DNA of 21,086 nucleotides from Conexivisphaerales archaeon (GTDB lineage Archaea > Thermoproteota > Nitrososphaeria > Conexivisphaerales > DTJL01): NCBI GenBank assembly GCA_049509455.1, contig JBEKZX010000026.1:1-21086 (forward strand), read 5' to 3'. The translations under genes were made by a program, and so were the position numbers. Position 1 is the stretch's first letter, and the number at the start of each line of letters is the position of its first letter. A model generated the notes under the pieces. It worked only from the letters and a program-made list of their open reading frames with translations. It was not told the DNA's origin and ran no database searches. This document shows, piece by piece, positions 1 through 6,367 of the stretch.

Positions 1-42
1 CTTGTACCCGTGAATGTCGTCGGGGGCCTCTTCGCTGTTCAT
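1..42 (-). CDS. Possible 5' end of a gene running off the window edge (MNSEEAPDDIHGYK...)
   Basis: ATG at 42 on the minus strand just downstream of the tRNA, open to the window edge, GC3-rich codons. Only 14 codons are visible. Confidence 0.25.
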   Translation of the reverse strand, partial: MNSEEAPDDIHGYK

Positions 43-82
43 CAGTCCATATGCCAAAGTTGGAGCACTAGACTACAATACC

Positions 83-204
83 TGGTGCTCCGGCCGGGAT
101 TCGAACCCAGGTTATCGGCTTTCTCCGGCCGTCGGGTTGCCCCGAGAGGCCGAGATACTTGACCGGACTTTCAGCCATCTTTTGGAGATGAATACTACCG
201 GAGC
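83..204 (-). tRNA. tRNA-Glu(CTC) with two 22-nt introns (170-191 at position 13/14; 121-142 at 37/38), CCA encoded
   Basis: Acceptor stem GCTCCGG/CCGGAGC plus ACCA; T arm CTGGG-TTCGAAT-CCCGG; anticodon arm TCGGC-CT-CTC-GA-GCCGA and D arm GTAT..GTAT form after removing both inserts (78-nt mature tRNA). Both inserts fold into bulge-helix-bulge-type splice motifs. Confidence 0.92.
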
Positions 205-231
205 GCCGAGAAGCTGTGCCATCGCTTCGTG

Positions 232-238
232 TTTTAAG
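232..238 (-). promoter_or_regulatory. TATA box of the tRNA-Glu gene
   Basis: CTTAAAA preceded by an A-rich BRE-like CAAAG, about 28 nt upstream of the tRNA 5' end. Confidence 0.55.
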
Positions 239-297
239 CTTTGCTGGTAGCACGTAGGTCGGCGGGGTCGAATAGGCATCCTACTAGGTGTGTAACG

Positions 298-519
298 TCA
301 CTCGAGAAAGTTCTTGAGCGCCAGCTTCACGTCGACGGCCTTCACGGTCTTCCGTCCCGCGTGGCCGGCGAGCTCAACGGCCCCCTGCCCGATTCGAATG
401 CCGATGTCGTCGAGTGCGGACTTGAACTCCTCGACGGCGTCGTCGCTCACCCTGTCCGCTCCGGCCTTCTTAAGGATCCTATATACCGCTGCGGAACCGA
501 ATTCGACTTCGTTCAACAC
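298..519 (-). CDS. Archaeal histone (HMf/HTk family)
   Basis: Histone fold signature ...[17 protein letters not shown]...[21 protein letters not shown]. Start is probably GTG 519 or TTG 516; the ORF-track start at 576 lies upstream of the TATA box. Confidence 0.93.
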   Translation of the reverse strand: MLNEVEFGSAAVYRILKKAGADRVSDDAVEEFKSALDDIGIRIGQGAVELAGHAGRKTVKAVDVKLALKNFLE

Positions 520-545
520 AAAGCACCAGGAATACCAACCAAAGC

Positions 546-552
546 ATATAAT
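546..552. promoter_or_regulatory. Shared bidirectional TATA box (histone / tatD)
   Basis: ATATAAT is the only TATA-like element in the 61-bp gap; it lies 27 nt from the histone start and 29 nt from the tatD ATG. Confidence 0.5.
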
Positions 553-580
553 CGGAGCCGTCTTAAGGTTTGTCACCCCA

Positions 581-1375
581 ATGCCTTCGGAAGGAGTCCC
601 CGCAGAGGCTCACGGGCCTTCGAGGCCCCTAATCGACGCGCACGCCCACATCTGGGCATCCCCCACGGCCTCGTGGCAGAGGCGTCCGCCGGGGCTGACG
701 GTTCTCCTCAACTCGACCGGTATGGACGATCTGGAGTCGACATGGGAGCGCGCGACGGGCGACCGGCCAGGCTCGCTCTTATTCGCCGGGCTCCATCCAA
801 CCAACCCGAACCGAGATATCGTCGCCTTCGGCCGATGGGTCGAATCTCACGCCGCAGAGGTCGATGGGGTGGGGGAGATAGGGCTCGACCGGAGGGTCAG
901 CCTGGCGGAATCGCGGGGCGACTTCCTGACCCAAATGGAGCTGGCGAGCCGGCTGAAGAAGCCGGTAACCGTTCACACGAGAGGCAGACTGCAGGAGGCC
1001 TTGGATGACCTTTCGACCTTCGACCTGCGGGTGTTACTCCATTGGTTTGAGGGAAGCCTGAAAGAGCTCGAGTCCTGCACGGACAGGGGCTATTTCGTTT
1101 CCTTCGGCCCGCCGTTGCTCTACTCCAAGAAGATAAAGAAGCTCCTCGCGGCTGCGGAGATGGGAAGCCTCCTCCTTGAAACTGACTCCCCCGTGCGGTA
1201 CGGGGCTTGCTTTGAGTCGCGTGATTCGTCTCCCTTGCTGATAGCCAGCGTATACTTGGAGGCTGCAAGGATAATGAAAGTTCAACCACGCGAGCTGGAA
1301 CGACTGTTGGACAGAAACGCCGCCTCGTTCCTGGGCAGGGCCGTCGGCGGGCGCCTTGCCTTGCAGGAAGAATAG
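581..1375 (+). CDS. tatD: TatD family metal-dependent hydrolase/DNase
   Basis: Motifs DAHAH, GLHP, GEIGLD, VHTR, HWF, ETDSP. ATG 581 is preferred over the ORF-track start at 314, which overlaps the histone gene. Confidence 0.9.
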   Translation: MPSEGVPAEAHGPSRPLIDAHAHIWASPTASWQRRPPGLTVLLNSTGMDDLESTWERATGDRPGSLLFAGLHPTNPNRDIVAFGRWVESHAAEVDGVGEIGLDRRVSLAESRGDFLTQMELASRLKKPVTVHTRGRLQEALDDLSTFDLRVLLHWFEGSLKELESCTDRGYFVSFGPPLLYSKKIKKLLAAAEMGSLLLETDSPVRYGACFESRDSSPLLIASVYLEAARIMKVQPRELERLLDRNAASFLGRAVGGRLALQEE

Positions 1376-1399
1376 GAAATGCGACGAAGACGGTAGGGC

Positions 1400-1407
1400 T
1401 TTTATAA
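1400..1407 (+). promoter_or_regulatory. TATA box of the rps17e operon
   Basis: TTTTATAA about 39 nt upstream of TTG 1446. Confidence 0.55.
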
Positions 1408-1445
1408 TAGCCGTTTGACACAAACGTCGAGAGCGCGGTCGCCGT

Positions 1446-1709
1446 TTGGACAGAGTTAGACGCATCGCCCAGTTACTCATGGAGGGAAACCCAGGGAAGT
1501 TTTCTGATGACTATGAGAACAACAAGAAGGTCGTGGAGGAAGTTTCTAAGTTCAACACGAAGCAGCTGAAGAACAGGGTGGTCGGATACATCACTCACTA
1601 CTACAAGCTCGAGTCCAGAGAGGAGCCTGAAGCTGTCAACGCAGAATCGGGGGAGCAGCCGCTGGTCCCCGCCGAAGCTGCAGCGGCAGAAAGTGGCTCG
1701 TCCATTTGA
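1446..1709 (+). CDS. rps17e: 30S ribosomal protein S17e (acidic C-terminal extension)
   Basis: FSDDYENNKKVV...TKQLKNRVVGYIT matches the S17e consensus F..DFE.NK......SK.LRN.IAGY.T; TTG start. Confidence 0.92.
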   Translation: MDRVRRIAQLLMEGNPGKFSDDYENNKKVVEEVSKFNTKQLKNRVVGYITHYYKLESREEPEAVNAESGEQPLVPAEAAAAESGSSI

Positions 1710-2572
1710 AGGCTCCACTGACGATCAGCCATCGTAACATATCTCTCGTATTATCCATCGAGCCGATAGAGGAGGTCCTTCCCCACGAGCAGGTCCTTCC
1801 GGACATGTTGGCCGCCATGCGCAACTCGCTGAAGCGCTCCCGCGCGCAGCTGGACCCCGTGATCGTCGACGACGGGACGGGGGTGGCGCTGGACGGCATG
1901 CACAGGGTGGAGGCCTTGAAGGGCATGGGAGCCTCCAAGATCCTGGTCTGCCGCGTGGACTACTCCAGCCCAGCCATCAAGCTAGGGAGGTGGCTGCGCG
2001 CCTACGAAGGGATGAGCAACCCACTGTTGGAGGACCTTAAGGTCCTCCTGGACCTGACCCGCGTCAGCGGCGCCGAAGCCATGTCCGAAGTCGAAGGCCA
2101 CCGGTCGCCTGCGGCGCTTTTCGTCGGGGGCGTGTCGTTCAAGTCGCTGCTCCCCTTCGAGGGCGTCCGCGAAAGCCTGGAGCTGGTCCGCGTTTTCGAC
2201 GAGACGGCTGCTCGCAGCGGCATCAAGCCGAAGATCGTGGCCGAGAAGGAAGCCAGGCGGCTCATCGGGTCGGACGCATTCGTCTTCTATCCCCCCTCGC
2301 TGGCCAAGGGTGATGTCATCCAGAGCGGCCTCACGCGCCGTCTTCTCCCCCCCAAGTCCACGCGTCACCTCATCCCCGCCCGCCCTGTAGGGATCTCCTA
2401 CCCTCTCGAATGGCTTCTGGACGGGGGCATCTCCAAGGAAGAGGCCAACCGCAGGCTTTCGGACATCGTAGGAGGGAGCGAGGTGGTGACCCTGCGGCCG
2501 GGCTCGAAATATATGGGGCGCGTCTATGAGGAGCCCCTCCTCCGCTACGTGAGGAAGGGTAAGGGCCGCTGA
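1706..2572 (+). CDS. ParB/Srx-fold protein, SerK-like (free L-serine kinase family)
   Basis: PHEQ, DPVIVD, DGMHR, VDY and PPKSTRH..P..P motifs line up by eye with recalled Thermococcus SerK; TTGA overlap with the rps17e stop. Confidence 0.72.
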   Translation: MKAPLTISHRNISLVLSIEPIEEVLPHEQVLPDMLAAMRNSLKRSRAQLDPVIVDDGTGVALDGMHRVEALKGMGASKILVCRVDYSSPAIKLGRWLRAYEGMSNPLLEDLKVLLDLTRVSGAEAMSEVEGHRSPAALFVGGVSFKSLLPFEGVRESLELVRVFDETAARSGIKPKIVAEKEARRLIGSDAFVFYPPSLAKGDVIQSGLTRRLLPPKSTRHLIPARPVGISYPLEWLLDGGISKEEANRRLSDIVGGSEVVTLRPGSKYMGRVYEEPLLRYVRKGKGR

Positions 2573-2826
2573 TTAAGGTCAAGGCCCTAGGCGTGGCGCG
2601 CAGCTTCATGGAGGGCTCCAGCGAGGTCGACATCGCAGACGGCGCCACGGTGGAGGAGTTCCTCAGGCTACTCCCGAGAGAAGTGAGGGAGATAGCCCAG
2701 CGCAAGGAGCTCAGCATACTCGTCAACGACGCCGAAGTTTCAGCCAAGGAGGGCCTGGCCACCCACCTTCACGACGGCGACGAATTGATCCTCTTCCCGA
2801 TCGCGCATGGAGGGAAACCAGCGTGA
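2569..2826 (+). CDS. Ubiquitin-like beta-grasp protein (Urm1/SAMP/MoaD family), C-terminus HGG-KPA
   Basis: IKVKALG beta-1 strand, ATVEEFL, ILVND, L.DGDEL.LFP..HGG. Beta-1 lies upstream of the ORF-track GTG 2593, so the start is probably CTG 2569 (or ATT 2572). Confidence 0.85.
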   Translation: MIKVKALGVARSFMEGSSEVDIADGATVEEFLRLLPREVREIAQRKELSILVNDAEVSAKEGLATHLHDGDELILFPIAHGGKPA

Positions 2827-3332
2827 AGAGAATAGGCCCCAAGACCTATGTGGAGCTGAGATCGTTCCTGGCTGGCGAGGACCCGACACGGCAGCTCGCC
2901 GAGCTGAGGAAGGGGGCGGCACCGGCCTTGGTGCAGACCCTGGACTCTTCGGCCGTTGCTGGGCGAGAACATCTACTTCTGACGCTCAAGCAGTCGGTGG
3001 AGTTGAAGGGTTCCTCACAGCTCCTGGCCGACAGGGTGGAGGTCGACTTCTTGCTCAGGGTCGCCGGGACCAGGCAGATATCAAAAGCGGTCAGGGTCGC
3101 GGGCTCTCAACCCGGGAACAAATCCATCCTCGTGGTCTGGGGAAGCGCTGAGGATGCGCGAAGTGGGCTCGCCGAAATCCGGCGCCTTGTCGAGCTGAAG
3201 CCTTTCAAGGCTGACGCTCCTGGGAAAAGGGCGGCCTCTCGTGTCAATAGGGTGGAGATGGAGTCGGTGGTGGGCGGAGGAGACGTCGTCTCCCGCCTGC
3301 TGGCCGAAAAGGCGGCCCTCCTTAGAAGATGA
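2823..3332 (+). CDS. cgi121: KEOPS complex subunit Cgi121
   Basis: DFLLRVAGTRQISKAV matches the Cgi121 motif E.LL..AG.RQI..AI; GTGA overlap; SD GGAGG at 2809-2813. Confidence 0.85.
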   Translation: MKRIGPKTYVELRSFLAGEDPTRQLAELRKGAAPALVQTLDSSAVAGREHLLLTLKQSVELKGSSQLLADRVEVDFLLRVAGTRQISKAVRVAGSQPGNKSILVVWGSAEDARSGLAEIRRLVELKPFKADAPGKRAASRVNRVEMESVVGGGDVVSRLLAEKAALLRR

Positions 3333-3395
3333 CCATCTGGGACGCCTTTCGAGCTCAAACCCGTTGCCCTTCCTTCCCCTTGAGATAAGGACGGT

Positions 3396-3617
3396 TCATC
3401 CTGAGATGGCTTCTGAGGATATAGCCCTCACTGGCAGGATGCTGGCTCTCACCACGACGAAAGTACCGCCTATCAGACACTGGTCGTACCTCTTGTAGCT
3501 CACTGACTCGGACGGCCCACCCTGACCGGGCTCTACGCCCTAGTTCCACTTGGGGTAGAGGACAGGCTCCTTGTCCTCTTCGTTCCATATGCTTTTTAGA
3601 CGGCCTTCGTGAGCCAT
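3396..3617 (-). pseudogene. Small ORF interrupted by one in-frame TAG (3540-3542); unknown product
   Basis: MAHEGRLKSIWNEEDKEPVLYPKWN*GVEPGQGGPSESVSYKRYDQCLIGGTFVVVRASILPVRAISSEAISG; host-like GC3-rich codons on both sides of the stop; fills an otherwise empty gap. Confidence 0.35.
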
Positions 3618-3636
3618 TTGTCGTGCACAGTGACAA

Positions 3637-4989
3637 TTGAACATCCTTGATGACACAGCGGGCATCCCGGAGGCGGTAAAGGCCGGAAGGGTTCACGTCG
3701 CCGTCTACGGCGCCGGCCGAGTGGGCGCGACGATAGCGGCTGCCTGGCTCAGGGCTGGCGCGAAGGTCGTCCTCGTCGACATCGACAGGAAGCGGGTGGA
3801 CACAGTAGCCCAAGGGAGGGCGCTCTTCCCCGACGAGCCCTTCGTTGACGAGTCCTTCAGGGCGGGCTTCCAAGCGAGGCGGCTGGCCGTCAGCACGAGC
3901 CCGTCCCAGGCGGCGGCCGTGGCCGACGTTAACATCGTCGCCGTCCCCGTCGGCTTGAACGACGAGGGCGCCGACTTGTCCAGCGTGAAGTCCGCCTTCG
4001 AAGAGATCGCAGCGAGGATGCAAAAGGGGAGCATCTCCATCCTAGAGACCAGCGTGCCTCCAGGTACCTGCCGGGATCTCGTTCTTCCCATACTCCAGGA
4101 AGGTAGCGGCCTCAAGGTCGAAGGCGACTTCGCCTTCGCCTATTCTCCTGAGCGGATCTTCGAAGGCCGGTCCCTCAAGGACCTGGAGGATAACTACCCG
4201 AAGGTGGTGGCGGGGGAGGGGCCCAAGAGCTTGAGAGCGGTTTCGGCGCTGTACTCATGCGTCGCGAAGAAGGGCGTGCTGGGGATGTCGAGCCTGGAGG
4301 CGGCCGAGATGGAGAAGCTTTTCGAAGGAGTCTACAGAGACGTCAACATCGCCTTGGCGAATGAACTGGCGCTCGTCTGCGAGAAGCTGGGCGTCGACTT
4401 CTGGGAGGTCCAGAAGGCCTCGAATAGCCAGCCCTTCAGCCACCTTCACAGGCCCGGCCTGGGCGTCGGAGGCGCCTGCATCCCCGTCTACCCCGTCTTC
4501 GTCGCCAAGTCCGCCAGGAAGCGTGGTTCAAAGGCGGCTATGACGGAGGAGGCCAGGAAGTTCAACTCATCCATGCCCGCCAAGGTGGCCAGGAGCGCGC
4601 TGTCTCTGTTCAAGGGAGAGCCTAAGGAAGTGGCCGTGCTCGGCCTAGCGTTCCGAGGCGACGTCGCCGACGACCGGCTCAGTCCCACATACGAGCTCCT
4701 GTCGGAGCTCAAGAAGATGAAATGCAAGGTCAAGGTCCATGACCCATACGTGAAGAAGGAGGAGGCTCTGGGCTTCCCCGTCTCGCAGCAGCTCTCCGCT
4801 GTTCTGGAGGGCTGCGACCTCGTGATAGTGGCTACCGACCACGGGGAGTACCGCGAGCTGGACTACGACAGGCTGAAGAGTTGGACCCACACCGAGCCCA
4901 TCGTGTACGATGCCCGGGGCGTCCTCGAGAGGACAAGGTTCCCGAAAGGCAGGCTCTTCGTATTGGGGGACGGTCAGAGGCCTTCGTAG
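3637..4989 (+). CDS. Nucleotide-sugar dehydrogenase (UDP-N-acetylhexosamine 6-dehydrogenase, WecC/WbpA-like)
   Basis: Rossmann GAGRVG, ETSVPPGT, SPERIFEG, AEMEKLFEGVYRDVNIALANE, catalytic GGACIP, LGLAFRGDVADDRLSP. Exact substrate cannot be determined from motifs. Confidence 0.92.
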   Translation: MNILDDTAGIPEAVKAGRVHVAVYGAGRVGATIAAAWLRAGAKVVLVDIDRKRVDTVAQGRALFPDEPFVDESFRAGFQARRLAVSTSPSQAAAVADVNIVAVPVGLNDEGADLSSVKSAFEEIAARMQKGSISILETSVPPGTCRDLVLPILQEGSGLKVEGDFAFAYSPERIFEGRSLKDLEDNYPKVVAGEGPKSLRAVSALYSCVAKKGVLGMSSLEAAEMEKLFEGVYRDVNIALANELALVCEKLGVDFWEVQKASNSQPFSHLHRPGLGVGGACIPVYPVFVAKSARKRGSKAAMTEEARKFNSSMPAKVARSALSLFKGEPKEVAVLGLAFRGDVADDRLSPTYELLSELKKMKCKVKVHDPYVKKEEALGFPVSQQLSAVLEGCDLVIVATDHGEYRELDYDRLKSWTHTEPIVYDARGVLERTRFPKGRLFVLGDGQRPS

Positions 4990-5666
4990 AGGCGTTCCCC
5001 CAGCACCCTTGGAAGTCCTGCGGCATAAATCTTGGAAGCCGCCGAGCCAATGTCATATTCGGCCTTCAGCAGCTCCACATGGGCGTCTCCGTTCGAAAAG
5101 GAAACGACCGCGTAGAAGGCCCCGGGGACGCCATGGCGCGGCTGGCCCACGCTGCCGGGATTGAAAACCACCCCCCGGGGGGTCGCCGCGGCGAAGGGAT
5201 GATGGGTGTGACCCAGGGCCAGCAGGTCGACATCGTTTCGTTCGAGGTATCCATCGAAGAGGTCCCTATGCGTCTCCAGGTAGACGTACTCATGGAGGGG
5301 GTCGTCGGGGCCTCCGTGGAGGACGAGGAAGCGCCTCCCCCCAAACTGGAATCGGATGGACAATGGAAGCGATGCTAGGTAATGAAGGTGCTCCCCGCTG
5401 ACCTTCCGCCGTGTCCACAAGATGGCCTCGGCCGCTGTCGGATTGAACCATTCGGTATCGCCAGAAACAACGGCCTGATCATGGTTCCCCATCACTGACC
5501 CGGCGCAGTTCATGCGCACCCACTCCACGACTTCGTTGGGGTTGGCCCCGTATCCCACCACGTCACCGCAGCAGTAGGTAGGTATGCCCTTGATGAAGGG
5601 AGCAACGGCCTGGAGGGCCTCCCAGTTGCCGTGTACGTCCGATATGAAAGCTACGCGGTCGGGCAG
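4974..5666 (-). CDS. Calcineurin-like metallophosphoesterase
   Basis: DVHGN, GDVVGYG, GNHD, HGG, GHTH, NPGSVGQPR. The first motif lies upstream of the ORF-track start (5561); the only plausible in-frame start after the ubiX stop is CTG 5666. Confidence 0.9.
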   Translation of the reverse strand: MPDRVAFISDVHGNWEALQAVAPFIKGIPTYCCGDVVGYGANPNEVVEWVRMNCAGSVMGNHDQAVVSGDTEWFNPTAAEAILWTRRKVSGEHLHYLASLPLSIRFQFGGRRFLVLHGGPDDPLHEYVYLETHRDLFDGYLERNDVDLLALGHTHHPFAAATPRGVVFNPGSVGQPRHGVPGAFYAVVSFSNGDAHVELLKAEYDIGSAASKIYAAGLPRVLGERLYEGL

Positions 5667-5672
5667 GGAGCG

Positions 5673-6242
5673 TCACCCCTTTCGCGGGGAGCCGCTCCAC
5701 CGCCTGCCCAGAGAATGACTAATCCTCAGCGAATCGAGGATCCTACCCACCATCTGGTCCACCATGGCCGACACATCGCGAGGGTCGTTGTAGAAGGAGG
5801 GCGATGCCGGCATGACCACGGCCCCTGACCGGGAGCATCGCAGCATGTTCTCGATCTGAATGGACGAGAGGGGGGTCTCGCGTATGAGAAGGAGGAGGGG
5901 CCTCCTTTCCTTGAGCGTGACCAAGGCAGCCCTTATCACCAGGTTGTTCTCGAATCCATACGAGATTCCCGCGAGGGTCTTCATGCTGCAGGGGGCGATA
6001 ACCATGCCGTCGGTCTGAAAAGAGCCGCTGGCGACGGGAGCTTCCAGCTCCTCCTCCGTGTAGATGTGAGTGGGGAGGCTCGAAATCTGCTTGCGAGTGT
6101 AACTGGTCTCGTATTTCATCGTGAGATAGGCGGCGTCGGAAACGATGGCGTGGGTCTCCACCCCCACCTTCTTCAGCTCCTCAAGGAGGCGCACGCCATA
6201 GACGACGCCGCTAGCACCCGTAATGGCGACAACCAGCTTCAT
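5673..6242 (-). CDS. ubiX: Flavin prenyltransferase UbiX
   Basis: MKLVVAITGASG, ASGS, APCSMKTL, LKERRPL, RETPL, P.FY; ATG 6242. Confidence 0.95.
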   Translation of the reverse strand: MKLVVAITGASGVVYGVRLLEELKKVGVETHAIVSDAAYLTMKYETSYTRKQISSLPTHIYTEEELEAPVASGSFQTDGMVIAPCSMKTLAGISYGFENNLVIRAALVTLKERRPLLLLIRETPLSSIQIENMLRCSRSGAVVMPASPSFYNDPRDVSAMVDQMVGRILDSLRISHSLGRRWSGSPRKG

Positions 6243-6267
6243 ATGAAAGCCATGCGCCGCAAGGAGG

Positions 6268-6274
6268 ATAAAAA
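6268..6274 (-). promoter_or_regulatory. TATA box of ubiX (leaderless spacing)
   Basis: TTTTTAT 26 nt upstream of ATG 6242. Confidence 0.5.
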
Positions 6275-6318
6275 GGTGCGTTTCGTTTTGGCGCAGCGAT
6301 CGGGCGGCAAAGCAACGC

Positions 6319-6324
6319 TTTAAA
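6319..6324 (+). promoter_or_regulatory. TATA box of ileS
   Basis: TTTAAA about 43 nt upstream of GTG 6368. Confidence 0.45.
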
Positions 6325-6367
6325 GGGGGTCTCAGACACAAGGAAGAGTCAACGTGAGGGTCAATCG

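Noticed and set aside
14-253. ORFs 14-250 (+) and 68-253 (-)
   Set aside because: They overlap the tRNA-Glu gene and have no protein-like features.
241-1008. 255-aa plus-strand ORF, and the long 5' extension of tatD from 314
   Set aside because: Shadow frames over the histone and tatD genes; motifs and TATA position define the real genes.
3413-3462. Hammerhead-like CTGAGGA ... GAAA
   Set aside because: Stem II closing pair and stem III/NUH geometry cannot be formed.
3333-3636. RNase P or SRP RNA in this ~300-bp gap
   Set aside because: Neither the RNase P P4 consensus (GAGGAAAGUCC) nor the SRP helix-8 motif is present on either strand.
5642-6250. 10-bp direct repeat ATATGAAAGC flanking ubiX (5642-5651, 6241-6250), a possible target-site duplication
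   Set aside because: Many 10-mer matches are expected by chance in 21 kb; one copy lies inside coding sequence and there is no mobile-element gene.
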